DNA of 64,000 bases from an uncultured virus (IMG/VR IMGVR_UViG_3300046171_000218) (IMGVR_UViG_3300046171_000218), one strand, 5' to 3'. Counted from the first letter of the stretch, positions 8,721 through 18,622 are shown. Numbers and translations are program-made. The notes: generated by a model from the sequence alone, not told the origin.

Positions 8721-11215
8721 CCAAAAAACAACTCAAGGTTTACAGTTTTTTCAACATTCCATCCAATAGAATCAAGGATAGTTTTTAGTGGTTCAAGGAA
8801 TGACTTCTCAAATTGTAAGTCGTAGTCAACATACTTGTCAAGATTCAATTCCCTAGGAAAGTCTTGAATAAATGAGATGACATTTTCATGAATGTGATTT
8901 GGTTTTTTCAGATAGCAGAACTTAATCTTCTCACCATTCTGAATAAGAGAATACTTAGCATCAAGTTTTTTCTCTTTGATGTAATGATTGTATAGAAGTG
9001 CTCCTCTAGCATGGATGGGGGTTCCTTTTGCATAGATGCTTGCATGGGACTTATATTTTACAACATCAGATACGGATCGTGGAAAAGAAACTTCTTCGGG
9101 AGGAAGTTTTTTGAACTGATCGCGACTAGAATCAATGAACTTAATCATCTCATCTTCAGTGCCAGTCATCAGAATCTTGAATGCATCCTTCAGCATTTTG
9201 CGACAAGGTGCGGGTGTAGATGATTTGACTGATTCAATACCCATCACTTTCAGTTTGGGTTCTTCATAACGAACGCCTTCACTATCCCATACGTTGAGAA
9301 TGTATCGCTTTTTCGCAGTCCAAATGCCACGATCAGCGATATTCTCACGTTTCATTTGCATCTTTTGATCATACGCCGATACATAGTTCGCCAAGTTCTG
9401 GTAGCACTCATCGATGTACGGTTCCAGTTTGTCACGACAAACCATATCAAGTAACTCCACAATCTTTGCTTTGTCGCCAGAGCGATTAGCAAAAAATTTA
9501 TCAACAACAGATCCCATATTAAGATAGATAGAATCAGTGTCGGATGCGATGACATAGTCCTCGTCTTCTGTTTTTAACAGATTATTTAGATACTTGTTCA
9601 TCTTTTGTTCAATCCAACGGATCGAAACTTGTCCAGACAATGTGATTGCTTCTGCGTTAGCTAGTTTGTAATACCTGAAGTATTGATTACCAATAGCACC
9701 ATAAGCAGAATTAAGAGAAATCTTCTTCGCCATTTGAATGTTGTTGCATCGAGCGATTTCTTTTTCAAGTGCTTTAGAAGGCGTCTTCTCATACTGCTGT
9801 TTGGCTGCAAGCATTCGTTTCTTGAAGACGACACGATCTCCATACATCTTCTCCATTAACTCTGGCAAGAACCCACGGACATCTTTGCGATACATTGCAC
9901 CATTAGCACAAATTGCATTGTCCTTATAAAGTTCAAAATTTATCTCTTCATTAAGGATTTTATCAACAGTAACCGTTGGATGCCTCTCATCAAGTAATGT
10001 CTCTGGTGAGATATTGTACTGCATAATAAGATGAGGATACAAAGAGTTCAAGTCAAAACTCACAACCCAATCATACTTTCCAGGAATCGGTTCTTTTACA
10101 TACGCACCAGCATACTTTTCATTCTTATCCGACTGCTGTTTCTGCGGAATAACAATATCTCTTTTCTTCAGATAATTGTAAATGATGTTGTCCCACATAC
10201 GAACTTGATAGAACACATCATTATAATTTACCTTAGCATCATATGCCATAGTCAAAGCTAGTTCGATAAGTTTCATCTTATCTTCCAACCTGTCAACCAG
10301 TTCTACGTCAACAATATTGTACTCAATAAACTTCTGCCACCCCTTTGTATAAAAATCTTTGAAAGTATCATACTCAGAGTGATCGAGTTTCTTCTGTCCC
10401 AGTTCTACACTGGCGATATAATCCAGACGATATGATTCCTGTGCTTTATAAGTAAACTTCTTATAAAGATCAAGATAGTCAAGTTGACATACACCACCAA
10501 CATCAAAATTAATGTGTTTGCGTCCTTGAATATACATCTCACCTTCAGTCACAAGTCCCCATGGTGAGAATCGCTTCATCAGTTTCTCGCCAAGAACTCG
10601 ATTAAGACGCTTGCAGATGTAAGGAATATCAAACAACTGAATGTTCCAACCTGTGATGACATCAGGTACATCCTGCATCCAGTGATTGATGAAACTATTC
10701 AGAAGACTGTGTTCATCAACACAATGATGATAAGTAACATTCTTTTGTTTGTTAATAAACGGTTTTACACCCCAAGTGATAATCTTCTTGGTAGTGTAAT
10801 CCTGAATAGTAATCGCCAGAATCTGTTCCTGAGCGGATTCAACATCAGGAAATCCTTGCTCAGCAGTCGTCTCAATATCAAGTGTCACCAGTTTGATCTT
10901 GCTAATGTCAAACTTGACTTCATCCTGAGGATACTTCTCAGAGATGTATTGATAGATGTACCGATCATTACCATAGATGGGAAAACCATCTACATCCTGA
11001 TACTTCTTATAGAAGTCACGACAGTCACGAACTTGTCCTGGTTTGATTGGTTCTACACTTTCACCATTCAGCGTTTTGTACTTGGTTTCTCTTTTACTCT
11101 TAACGAAAAGGGTAGGACAGTACTCACTATCTCTAATCTCAAACCTTTTCCCGTCTTCAACTCCACGAACTAGAAACTGATTGCCGATCAGCTGAACATT
11201 GGTGTAAAACTTCAT
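8717..11215 (-). CDS. 43: family B DNA polymerase (T4 gp43)
   Basis: ExoI DIET, SFDLNSLYP, KISLNSAYG, ASDTDS, KKRY; no intein or intron seen. Confidence 0.98.
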   Translation of the reverse strand: MKFYTNVQLIGNQFLVRGVEDGKRFEIRDSEYCPTLFVKSKRETKYKTLNGESVEPIKPGQVRDCRDFYKKYQDVDGFPIYGNDRYIYQYISEKYPQDEVKFDISKIKLVTLDIETTAEQGFPDVESAQEQILAITIQDYTTKKIITWGVKPFINKQKNVTYHHCVDEHSLLNSFINHWMQDVPDVITGWNIQLFDIPYICKRLNRVLGEKLMKRFSPWGLVTEGEMYIQGRKHINFDVGGVCQLDYLDLYKKFTYKAQESYRLDYIASVELGQKKLDHSEYDTFKDFYTKGWQKFIEYNIVDVELVDRLEDKMKLIELALTMAYDAKVNYNDVFYQVRMWDNIIYNYLKKRDIVIPQKQQSDKNEKYAGAYVKEPIPGKYDWVVSFDLNSLYPHLIMQYNISPETLLDERHPTVTVDKILNEEINFELYKDNAICANGAMYRKDVRGFLPELMEKMYGDRVVFKKRMLAAKQQYEKTPSKALEKEIARCNNIQMAKKISLNSAYGAIGNQYFRYYKLANAEAITLSGQVSIRWIEQKMNKYLNNLLKTEDEDYVIASDTDSIYLNMGSVVDKFFANRSGDKAKIVELLDMVCRDKLEPYIDECYQNLANYVSAYDQKMQMKRENIADRGIWTAKKRYILNVWDSEGVRYEEPKLKVMGIESVKSSTPAPCRKMLKDAFKILMTGTEDEMIKFIDSSRDQFKKLPPEEVSFPRSVSDVVKYKSHASIYAKGTPIHARGALLYNHYIKEKKLDAKYSLIQNGEKIKFCYLKKPNHIHENVISFIQDFPRELNLDKYVDYDLQFEKSFLEPLKTILDSIGWNVEKTVNLELFFG

Positions 11216-11445
11216 TCGTCATCATCATTAAAAAAAGAACCAAACATACCACTATCGCCAGGGCTTCTACTTTCTAATTTATCAAGAATATTGTCTGTAT
11301 CTTGAAGGGTTTGTATCTCACAAATAATCTTTGCAATCTCTCTGCATACCATGGGGCGTTCTTGCCTTGCCGCATACGCCAGAGCATTCCTGAGATTAGA
11401 ATCTGCTTCTTTCAACGATTCTTCTACAGATTTAGATAGTGCCAT
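11212..11445 (-). CDS. hypothetical protein
   Basis: 77-aa ORF coupled to gp43. Confidence 0.65.
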   Translation of the reverse strand: MALSKSVEESLKEADSNLRNALAYAARQERPMVCREIAKIICEIQTLQDTDNILDKLESRSPGDSGMFGSFFNDDDE

Positions 11446-11702
11446 TACTTAGTTGTTTCAAGGTATTTTTCAAGGAGTGTCGGCAGAGGATCAGCAAGTG
11501 TGATGATCTTGTCCGAACTAATCATAAATGTGTCTTGCATTGTATAATCTATCATCCAAGGGGAGAGCATATTACCCTCACAAATTTCCATAGGATTGAT
11601 TAACTTACAGTCTGGTTCGCCAATTTCAGCACCAACTTCTTCGATCTCACTGATCAGTCTCTCGCTGTTCGTTAACAGGATCACTTTCACTACTTTGCTC
11701 AT
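11445..11702 (-). CDS. hypothetical protein (possible Sm-like beta fold)
   Basis: 85-aa ORF; beta-rich pattern similar to the adjacent ORF. Confidence 0.6.
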   Translation of the reverse strand: MSKVVKVILLTNSERLISEIEEVGAEIGEPDCKLINPMEICEGNMLSPWMIDYTMQDTFMISSDKIITLADPLPTLLEKYLETTK

Positions 11703-12009
11703 TTCCTACAACATCCTCCACATACATTTCTTTGAGTTTTTGTTTGGGATCAACAATCGTCACCACCCAGTCTACAGGAAGAGGGATGACACTGTCTTCT
11801 GCCAGGGGGCACCATGGATACATTGAAACATTAAAGGCTGACTTCTTATCTCCCTTTTCAGGTTTCTCAGCGTTCAAAATTTTAACAACACAAGGTTTGT
11901 CCAAGAAATATCCAAGGACTTTCTTGTCCGCTCCGTCACCCATTGCCATCTCGCTGACATCAGCAATTACGTCCTCACCGGACTTTAATAGCAAAAGTTT
12001 TACAGTCAT
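11647..12009 (-). CDS. hypothetical protein (possible Sm-like beta fold)
   Basis: MTVKLLLLKSGEDVIA N-terminus; GGAGG RBS upstream. Confidence 0.65.
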   Translation of the reverse strand: MTVKLLLLKSGEDVIADVSEMAMGDGADKKVLGYFLDKPCVVKILNAEKPEKGDKKSAFNVSMYPWCPLAEDSVIPLPVDWVVTIVDPKQKLKEMYVEDVVGNEQSSESDPVNEQRETDQ

Positions 12010-12030
12010 TTTTGATTTGTTCCTCCACGT

Positions 12031-12059
12031 ATTCTAACAATAAAAAAGAGGGGCGTCAA
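12031..12059 (-). promoter_or_regulatory. sigma70-type early promoter TTGACG-N17-TAGAAT
   Basis: Near-consensus hexamers with exact 17-nt spacer, upstream of the gp43 operon. Confidence 0.75.
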
Positions 12060-12082
12060 CTGGATTTGGCCAGTTGCCCCTC
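12041..12082 (-). terminator. intrinsic terminator downstream of hsp20
   Basis: GAGGGGCAACTGG...CCAGTTGACGCCCCTC hairpin followed by T6. Confidence 0.75.
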
Positions 12083-12107
12083 CGTCTGCGACGACGATAT
12101 TCAGTTT

Positions 12108-12115
12108 TATTTATA
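12108..12115 (-). promoter_or_regulatory. T4-type late promoter TATAAATA
   Basis: Exact T4 gp55 consensus overlapping the hsp20 stop codon. Confidence 0.6.
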
Positions 12116-12542
12116 GATAATCTTTTCGGGCATGGTGTTCAGGAACAATCTTCTTCACAAGCACACTGAGAAGTCCATTTTCAAAAGTCACATCAGTAAC
12201 TTCCGTTCCCTCAGCAAGTGTCCATGATCTTTCAAAGTTCCTATGAGCAAGTCCTTTATGAAGGTATTGTCCCTCCTCGGTGATTGCTTCTTTCTCCCCT
12301 TTGACTGTAAGTTTACCATACTCTGTATAAACTTTGATTTCATCTTTTGTAAATCCAGCCAGAGCAATCTCAAGTTTAGTCTCTGTGTTGTTTAATTGTA
12401 CAACGTTATATGGGGGATAGTTGCTTTGTGTTTGGGTATGAAAGACGTTGTTTAGATAGTCATCAATCCCGATAGAATTACGGGTGATCTTATCCATCAA
12501 CTGATCCAAATCGGCAGCATTAAACTTCATTATGTTAGTCAT
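12111..12542 (-). CDS. hsp20: small heat shock protein
   Basis: YPPYN, LEIALAGF, FERSWTL, FENGLLSV alpha-crystallin motifs; AAGGAG RBS. Confidence 0.95.
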   Translation of the reverse strand: MTNIMKFNAADLDQLMDKITRNSIGIDDYLNNVFHTQTQSNYPPYNVVQLNNTETKLEIALAGFTKDEIKVYTEYGKLTVKGEKEAITEEGQYLHKGLAHRNFERSWTLAEGTEVTDVTFENGLLSVLVKKIVPEHHARKDYL

Positions 12543-12618
12543 TTGACTTCTCCTTATTTAAGCGAGAGTGTGTTGTATGTACCCTTCCGGCGTACATACT
12601 AATTATACAACTAAGCAT

Positions 12619-12642
12619 AAAAAACGGGGTGTTAAACCCCGT
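12619..12642 (-). terminator. intrinsic terminator after regA
   Basis: ACGGGGT-TTAAC-ACCCCGT followed by T-run. Confidence 0.75.
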
Positions 12643-12648
12643 ATATTT

Positions 12649-13086
12649 TTATTCGGTTTCCTGGGTTTTACCCTTCTTACCAATATTATATTTCTGCTCT
12701 AATATCCACTCACCCTTATCCTTATATGCAAGGACTTTAATTTGATTTAAAGGTGCGATATCTGCAACAGTCTCTTCATCAACAATAGAGATCAATCCCC
12801 AATCAGAAAGCAAACGCACAATGCGATTACGACGTTGAACATCATTAATAGAAAGGTTAGCATGTTTTCCGTCTAATGCAAACAATTCTTTGAAGTGGAC
12901 AATATAATATTTGCCCTGCTTATGCAGAATATGACATGACTGATAAAGTTTCTTCTCTTTTCTAGAAGCAACTCCAATCCTAGTCAGCGTCTCTCTTACT
13001 TTCAGAAAATCGTCCGGTTCATTTAAAAGGACTTCGATCATACGATCTTGAGTCCAGTGATACTGGGGTTCCACAGTATTACTCAT
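12649..13086 (-). CDS. regA: translational repressor RegA
   Basis: DDFLKVRETLTRIG, LYQSCHILHKQGKYYIVHFKELF. Confidence 0.95.
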   Translation of the reverse strand: MSNTVEPQYHWTQDRMIEVLLNEPDDFLKVRETLTRIGVASRKEKKLYQSCHILHKQGKYYIVHFKELFALDGKHANLSINDVQRRNRIVRLLSDWGLISIVDEETVADIAPLNQIKVLAYKDKGEWILEQKYNIGKKGKTQETE

Positions 13087-13451
13087 TTTGTTCCTCCAAC
13101 GTCAAGTCGTTTTTTGATAAAGTTAATCTGTTCTTGTGTCAGGATTTTCAGAGCTTGACATGCCTTCTCATTACTATATCCATAGTATTGTTTGACACTT
13201 TCGAGATCCGTGACTTTGTCCTTACGGAGCCAGGGAGAAAATCTCTTTTTTTTCCTCAGACTATTTAGATAAAATTTATATTGCATATCCTTATCAAGAA
13301 AGTGATACTTGTTCATCTCATTAGCGAACAATACACAATCAAGATGTCCAGACAAACAACGATTGACAATATAAGGAGGATAAGATTTCATATCCTCTGA
13401 TAAATCTTCTTTTGTAAAGTTAACTGAATTCAACCAATCCTTAAGTTCCAT
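13083..13451 (-). CDS. 62: clamp loader small subunit (T4 gp62)
   Basis: YPPYIVNRCLS, ANEMN, YYGYSNEKA; immediately upstream of regA. Confidence 0.9.
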   Translation of the reverse strand: MELKDWLNSVNFTKEDLSEDMKSYPPYIVNRCLSGHLDCVLFANEMNKYHFLDKDMQYKFYLNSLRKKKRFSPWLRKDKVTDLESVKQYYGYSNEKACQALKILTQEQINFIKKRLDVGGTK

Positions 13452-14515
13452 TATCTAATGATCTCCATATTTTCCGTAGATCCCCAAATCTCAAGTTCAG
13501 TTCTTACTCTGTCTTCAGACTTAAGTTTTTCAAAACGCTTGGATGCTTTCTTCTTCCACCAAGCAATTGCTTCTTCAGAAGTATGACGAAAGTCTCCAAG
13601 ATAATATCTTTTCTTTTCTGTGAGAGACATAGCATGATCAATACACTCATTGAACTGCTTTAGTTTGTCTTCATCCTTCAAAGAGTTTCTGATGATAGAA
13701 ATCATCTTGACTTGAATCTTCAGTTTCTTTGATGATTTATCGGCAGAAATCAAACGCTCACCACCGTTACGCTCATTAAACCACCAGAAGAAGTCTCTGA
13801 ACACATCATCGTGAAACAGAGGTAAGAACTTACTCTCAGTATCTCCAATATGCCTCAGAAAGGGTTTGAGTCCATCATACATTGATACCCCCTTTGTAGT
13901 TCCATAAAGAGATGTAGTCTCAAAGTATTTGAGATCTATCCCGTACTTCTCATCAAACTGTTTCTTCAGTTCTTTAGAGGATGCTAGTAAGGCAAGAAGT
14001 TTTCCGCCCATGTAATTGAACCCGAAAGGTTGAGTAGGAACAATGTTAAAGCCCATAACGAAGTGAGCATTAATATCACTAAGAGACTTGACTTCACCAA
14101 AGTAATTATTGCGGGGTTTACTATTAATCGTAGGAGAACCAAACCTCACAACACCAACAACTTTGTCAGAGTTTGTTTCAACAACAATCCATTTATGTGT
14201 CCTACCAGGAATTGCTTCCTCGATAGGATTAGAAGCAGTCAAATTCAGTGTCTCAGAATAAAGCCACTGATTATACTTTGAACGGCTTTTAGTATCAGTA
14301 TCAACAACATGAACTTCAAAATTCATGTCATTGGGATGCATGTCGAACTTGTCAAACATATCCGAGTCTGCACCAAACCCAGGAAGATATCCTGATCTAT
14401 TTTCTCCCCTATCTTCCTTAATGTGTCTTAGATAATCATCAATACGATTGAACTGAGTATAATAATCAATAAATTTATCAGCAGCATATACTGCATCACT
14501 TTCACTTAATATCAT
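13451..14515 (-). CDS. DUF4338/DruA-like protein (tentative)
   Basis: IVPTQPFGFNYMGGKLLALL and FETTSLYG motifs recalled from DUF4338-type proteins; not verified by search. Confidence 0.55.
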   Translation of the reverse strand: MILSESDAVYAADKFIDYYTQFNRIDDYLRHIKEDRGENRSGYLPGFGADSDMFDKFDMHPNDMNFEVHVVDTDTKSRSKYNQWLYSETLNLTASNPIEEAIPGRTHKWIVVETNSDKVVGVVRFGSPTINSKPRNNYFGEVKSLSDINAHFVMGFNIVPTQPFGFNYMGGKLLALLASSKELKKQFDEKYGIDLKYFETTSLYGTTKGVSMYDGLKPFLRHIGDTESKFLPLFHDDVFRDFFWWFNERNGGERLISADKSSKKLKIQVKMISIIRNSLKDEDKLKQFNECIDHAMSLTEKKRYYLGDFRHTSEEAIAWWKKKASKRFEKLKSEDRVRTELEIWGSTENMEIIR

Positions 14516-14829
14516 TTATAATACTTATCTAGAATTTCTTCTATTTTATAATTGACTTTATTTAATTCGTCTCTCTCTTCCTGCTCCTCAAGATATGATC
14601 TATCCCTTATTCTTCTAAGATTTCTGAGGACAGAGGGATTACCACCATAGTAACCCATGTTCTTCCAAACGCAATCAACATACCCCCACTTCTCACCGAT
14701 TAACTGATCTCCAACTGAGGGAACAACACGCCGAATGCAGTGATTCCTGATTTCTGCAGGAACCTCAACTTTTTTGATTTCAAAATTATCCATCAACATT
14801 GATGGATCTGGAACTAAAAAAGGAATCAT
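14512..14829 (-). CDS. hypothetical protein
   Basis: 105-aa ORF with 4-nt overlaps on both sides. Confidence 0.6.
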   Translation of the reverse strand: MIPFLVPDPSMLMDNFEIKKVEVPAEIRNHCIRRVVPSVGDQLIGEKWGYVDCVWKNMGYYGGNPSVLRNLRRIRDRSYLEEQEERDELNKVNYKIEEILDKYYK

Positions 14830-15770
14830 TTGAATTCACACTCCACCATAATCTCAGTCAGACATGCAAGCAGGTTTATTTCCTGATCCGCAACGAAGGC
14901 AATCTGATATTGATACTTAGCAATGACAAGCACAGCAGCAGGAATACTAGAGTTTGCCAAGGATGTATAAAGAGCATCGTAAATACGACGCATAAGTACA
15001 CCAGAATCATTGTCCAAATTATCCACCACCCACTTCCGAACTTCAGGGAAGTTCTTCTGTTTAAGATTTTGCATAAGGTTGTTAACTTTGACATCAGAGA
15101 AAGTGGCGAGGATTCCTGCATCAATAGCACCACCCGAAGAGTATCTTTGAATTTCATTTAGAACCCGACGCCAATCAGGAAAATGCTTATTGATTAATTC
15201 AACTAGGACTTTGTTATCATATTTAATACTTTCTTTATCCAAGATGGTTTTGACACGCTTGAAGAAAGATGCTGCAATCTCTTGTCGTTCCTTTCCTTTG
15301 ATTCCAAACTCGATGACGGCACATCGGGAGTGAAGTGGTTCAACGATTTTGTTTTTGTAGTTGCAGGTGAAGATAAATCTGCAATTGCCACTAAACTCCT
15401 CAATAAACGCCCGTAGGAGGAGTTGAACGTCGTTGGTTGTGTTATCTGCCTCATCAATGATGATGACTTTGTGTTTTGCAGTTGATGCAAGCGAAACGGT
15501 TGAAGCGAAGTTCTTCGCATTGTTTCGGACGGTATCAAGGAATCGCCCTTCATCGGATCCATTGATGACATAATAGTCTACTCCAAGTTCAGTGCAAAGT
15601 GCTTTTGCAACTGTAGTCTTACCACATCCAGCAGGGCCTGAAAGAAGCAGGTTAGGCACTTCTCCTTTATCTAGGAAGTCAAGAAAAGTTTTCTTGATAT
15701 TGTCAGGGAGAATACACTCCTCAATTTTACGTGGGCGGTATTTTTCTACCCACAGAAACTCGTCGCGCAT
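14826..15770 (-). CDS. 44: clamp loader large subunit (T4 gp44)
   Basis: WVEKYRP, GPAGCGKT, IIDEAD, SRC motif. Confidence 0.95.
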   Translation of the reverse strand: MRDEFLWVEKYRPRKIEECILPDNIKKTFLDFLDKGEVPNLLLSGPAGCGKTTVAKALCTELGVDYYVINGSDEGRFLDTVRNNAKNFASTVSLASTAKHKVIIIDEADNTTNDVQLLLRAFIEEFSGNCRFIFTCNYKNKIVEPLHSRCAVIEFGIKGKERQEIAASFFKRVKTILDKESIKYDNKVLVELINKHFPDWRRVLNEIQRYSSGGAIDAGILATFSDVKVNNLMQNLKQKNFPEVRKWVVDNLDNDSGVLMRRIYDALYTSLANSSIPAAVLVIAKYQYQIAFVADQEINLLACLTEIMVECEFK

Positions 15771-16090
15771 AATATTGTTTTAGGAATAAACCAATAGGAT
15801 ACAGATTGCCAGTATTTTCCAAGCAAATATGCTTCGTAAAAATCTTGAATATCTGTCCAAGTATTACGATAATCACTAGGATAAATCGTAATACTCATAA
15901 TACAGAATACCACAACGTGAAAGAAACTTCCAGCAGGGTGATGTCCTAATTGAAAACCAAGAAGTTTGGCTTCGTCATTAACACTAAACCCAAGATCAAA
16001 ATGAATATGAAGTTGATCGTGAAGTATAGTATCTTCACCTATTCCAGGTATCCAATTTTCTAAAAATTGAATATACGGATCAGGTTCCAT
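15746..16090 (-). CDS. hypothetical protein
   Basis: 114-aa ORF between gp45 and gp44. Confidence 0.5.
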   Translation of the reverse strand: MEPDPYIQFLENWIPGIGEDTILHDQLHIHFDLGFSVNDEAKLLGFQLGHHPAGSFFHVVVFCIMSITIYPSDYRNTWTDIQDFYEAYLLGKYWQSVSYWFIPKTILCATSFCG

Positions 16091-16286
16091 AGTGTGAAAA
16101 TAATTTACTTATTCCAATGGTAACAAGAAAAGAGAGCATAATAACCATGTCCCACATTTTGTTTTTAATAAAGAATGGGAGGGTAAGAAAATCAGCGATT
16201 AGATGCACTATGACTCCTGCTAAAACACTTACATAAATCAAAGTAAAGTGAGAGCAGACAATCAGAATGCATCCAATCACCCGCAT
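16080..16286 (-). CDS. small hydrophobic membrane protein
   Basis: Two to three hydrophobic segments; start taken at MRVIGC. Confidence 0.55.
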   Translation of the reverse strand: MRVIGCILIVCSHFTLIYVSVLAGVIVHLIADFLTLPFFIKNKMWDMVIMLSFLVTIGISKLFSHYGT

Positions 16287-16287
16287 C

Positions 16288-16953
16288 CTACCCAAAAGTT
16301 GAGTCTGGTTCAAGAGCAATGTAATAAGTCAGATCGTGATTTTTACTTGTAAAACGAGACAGTAGTTTTTGAGAAACAACAACATCATAGGTTCCAGGAA
16401 GAATCTTAATGTTCTCCACTTTAAAGTTGAAGTTGAAAGTTCCATCAGTCTCACCAACAACTTCTTCATGAGCATTAGAAGTATCGTTCTTCTTATCACG
16501 AACTACAAGTTTAACAACACCCGCTTCACCAACAGCAGAAATATCAGGAAGTTGATAGACAGCAGCTGCCTTCAGAAGTTTCTCAAGAACAGTGGTAGTC
16601 AATTCAAAACAGACATCTTCACTAGGAAGTGAAATCTCTTTGTCAGGAGGAGTGACAATGACAGAGGGATCTGCAAAGAAATACTTAGAACGTGAGCGTC
16701 CTTCCTTGATTACCACATAACCATCATTTTCAAAGTCAAGTTCAGGTTTTTGATGCAGACTCAAACCATTAAGGAATTGGTTAAGATCATAGATACCAAA
16801 ATCACGAGCAAACTCTTCATTAATAGTTGCTTCTGCAAGAATATTCTTCATCACACTAATGGTGCGAAGTTTACTACCCTCTTTAAACAAAATAGACTGA
16901 TTAATAGAAGAGAAGTTTTTGAGAAGAGAAAGGGTAGAGTCAGACAGTTTCAT
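16288..16953 (-). CDS. 45: sliding clamp (T4 gp45)
   Basis: LKNFSSINQS, FGIYDLNQFL, YYIALE. Confidence 0.95.
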   Translation of the reverse strand: MKLSDSTLSLLKNFSSINQSILFKEGSKLRTISVMKNILAEATINEEFARDFGIYDLNQFLNGLSLHQKPELDFENDGYVVIKEGRSRSKYFFADPSVIVTPPDKEISLPSEDVCFELTTTVLEKLLKAAAVYQLPDISAVGEAGVVKLVVRDKKNDTSNAHEEVVGETDGTFNFNFKVENIKILPGTYDVVVSQKLLSRFTSKNHDLTYYIALEPDSTFG

Positions 16954-16973
16954 AGGATTACGAATTTTCATTA

Positions 16974-17522
16974 TCAATAAGGATAGTCAGAGTTGGTTGA
17001 TTTGTAGTGATCATCAAAATGTAAGAGTAGCATAGCATAATGAATGACTTTTAGTAAATCCTTTTTATTTTGTCCATCTTTATCACCATATCGTGTTCCA
17101 TACTTTATAATATTTGATTGACAAAATCCAGAAGCAAGTCCTTTAGCTGCCATCAAATCAATTGTCTGAATATCTGCAAATCCGTTTGTTTTTCCCGTAT
17201 AGTGACTACGGTAGGTGCCACTTACATATTCATGAATATCCTTCAGGATAACATCTTCATTATATTTCCAACGTCCATTGTTATTGTCTGGTGCATTTGG
17301 AAGTTCGGGGACACTAACATTTAATTCCATAGTTGTTTCGTCGAGAGAATCCCATTGAGACAATGCCTCACTTGGAATTGCTGAGATAGAGATTGTGTCT
17401 TCACCTAGTCCACCAATAATTCCATCTTCATTTGTAGAGTATCCATCTGCTTTCGTAGTCATAACATCATAAAGTAAACTCCAAGCATTAGTCATTTTAT
17501 CAAATTTGTTTAGTGTTGTCAA
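16974..17522 (-). CDS. DUF3310-like protein
   Basis: C-terminal HY...QTID...GFCQSNIIKYGTRYGDK...DLLKVIHY pattern. Confidence 0.65.
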   Translation of the reverse strand: MTTLNKFDKMTNAWSLLYDVMTTKADGYSTNEDGIIGGLGEDTISISAIPSEALSQWDSLDETTMELNVSVPELPNAPDNNNGRWKYNEDVILKDIHEYVSGTYRSHYTGKTNGFADIQTIDLMAAKGLASGFCQSNIIKYGTRYGDKDGQNKKDLLKVIHYAMLLLHFDDHYKSTNSDYPY

Positions 17523-18600
17523 TTACATAGATGCGATCTTCTTCCCCAGGCATTTGAAAATCAGCATCAACTTTATCATACAGTTCAAGGAATGCCTGCT
17601 TAGTTTCGTCATCAAAACGATTCACGCAAACCTCAATTGCTTTTGCCTTGTCACCGAAGATATTGTATGCCTGAACGATATGAACCAAACGACGAGTGCT
17701 GATGATCTCCTCAATACCACCATCATAGAAAGTTTTGCGGATAATGTCTGCCCAGTCAGCAAGACGCTTACAGAAAGTATCATCAGTGCAAAGTTTAGAG
17801 AGAATCTTAGTCTCAATAGTAGTGGTAGGATACTCCTGCTCAAAGGTAACAGGAAAACGCTCTAGAAACGCTTCGTTGAGCACGTTAGTTCCAATGAATC
17901 GTCCGTCGTCACTACCTTTACCCTTAGTGTTGGCTGTGGCGATGACATTGAATCCACTTCGAGGAGAAACCCATCTTCCGATTTTCTTAAGGAAAACTCC
18001 TTTCCCTTCAAGGATAGATTGGAGACAGAGAATTTTGTTAGAAGCGAGATCGAGTTCGTCAAGGAGCAGTACAGCTCCGCGTTCGAGTGCTTCGATGACT
18101 GGGCCATTGTGCCAGACGGTGTTACCATCAATAAGGCGGAAACCGCCAATAAGATCATCTTCATCAGTTTCGATTGTAATGTTTACACGGATGAGTTCCC
18201 TTCCGAGTTGGGCACACGCTTGCTCAACCGAAAAAGTCTTGCCATTACCGGAGAGTCCCGTAATGAACGTCGGATAAAAAATACCGGACTGAATAATTTT
18301 TTTAATATCAGTGAAGTTACCAAACTTGACGAAGGAATCATCTTTCTGAGGGATAAGGGTTTGCTCAACTGCAGGCATAGCAGCAGGAGCAGTATAGGAC
18401 GTTTCCAGATCTTCTACAGTCTCTTTAGTTACTTCCAAATTCCACTTACCACGTCCAACTTTGTAATCAGACAGTTTGTTAGCGACAGTCTGATAGTTAC
18501 AGTCATTCATCGCACACCATGCCTTAATCTCAGCAGAGGTGATCGACATACCGTAAGTATCTTTGATGGAGTCGATGATGCTTTGCTTAGAGAGTCCCAT
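17500..18600 (-). CDS. cobS: CobS/MoxR-like AAA+ ATPase
   Basis: GLSGNGKT, LLLDE, ATANTKG, NEAFLERF, STRRL. Confidence 0.9.
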   Translation of the reverse strand: MGLSKQSIIDSIKDTYGMSITSAEIKAWCAMNDCNYQTVANKLSDYKVGRGKWNLEVTKETVEDLETSYTAPAAMPAVEQTLIPQKDDSFVKFGNFTDIKKIIQSGIFYPTFITGLSGNGKTFSVEQACAQLGRELIRVNITIETDEDDLIGGFRLIDGNTVWHNGPVIEALERGAVLLLDELDLASNKILCLQSILEGKGVFLKKIGRWVSPRSGFNVIATANTKGKGSDDGRFIGTNVLNEAFLERFPVTFEQEYPTTTIETKILSKLCTDDTFCKRLADWADIIRKTFYDGGIEEIISTRRLVHIVQAYNIFGDKAKAIEVCVNRFDDETKQAFLELYDKVDADFQMPGEEDRIYVIDNTKQI

Positions 18601-18622
18601 GTACTTTGTTGTTTACCTGCTT

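Noticed and set aside
8717..11215. Intein or intron in gp43 (also considered for gp41, gp17, uvsW)
   Set aside because: Lengths are ordinary and no splicing or homing-endonuclease motifs are visible
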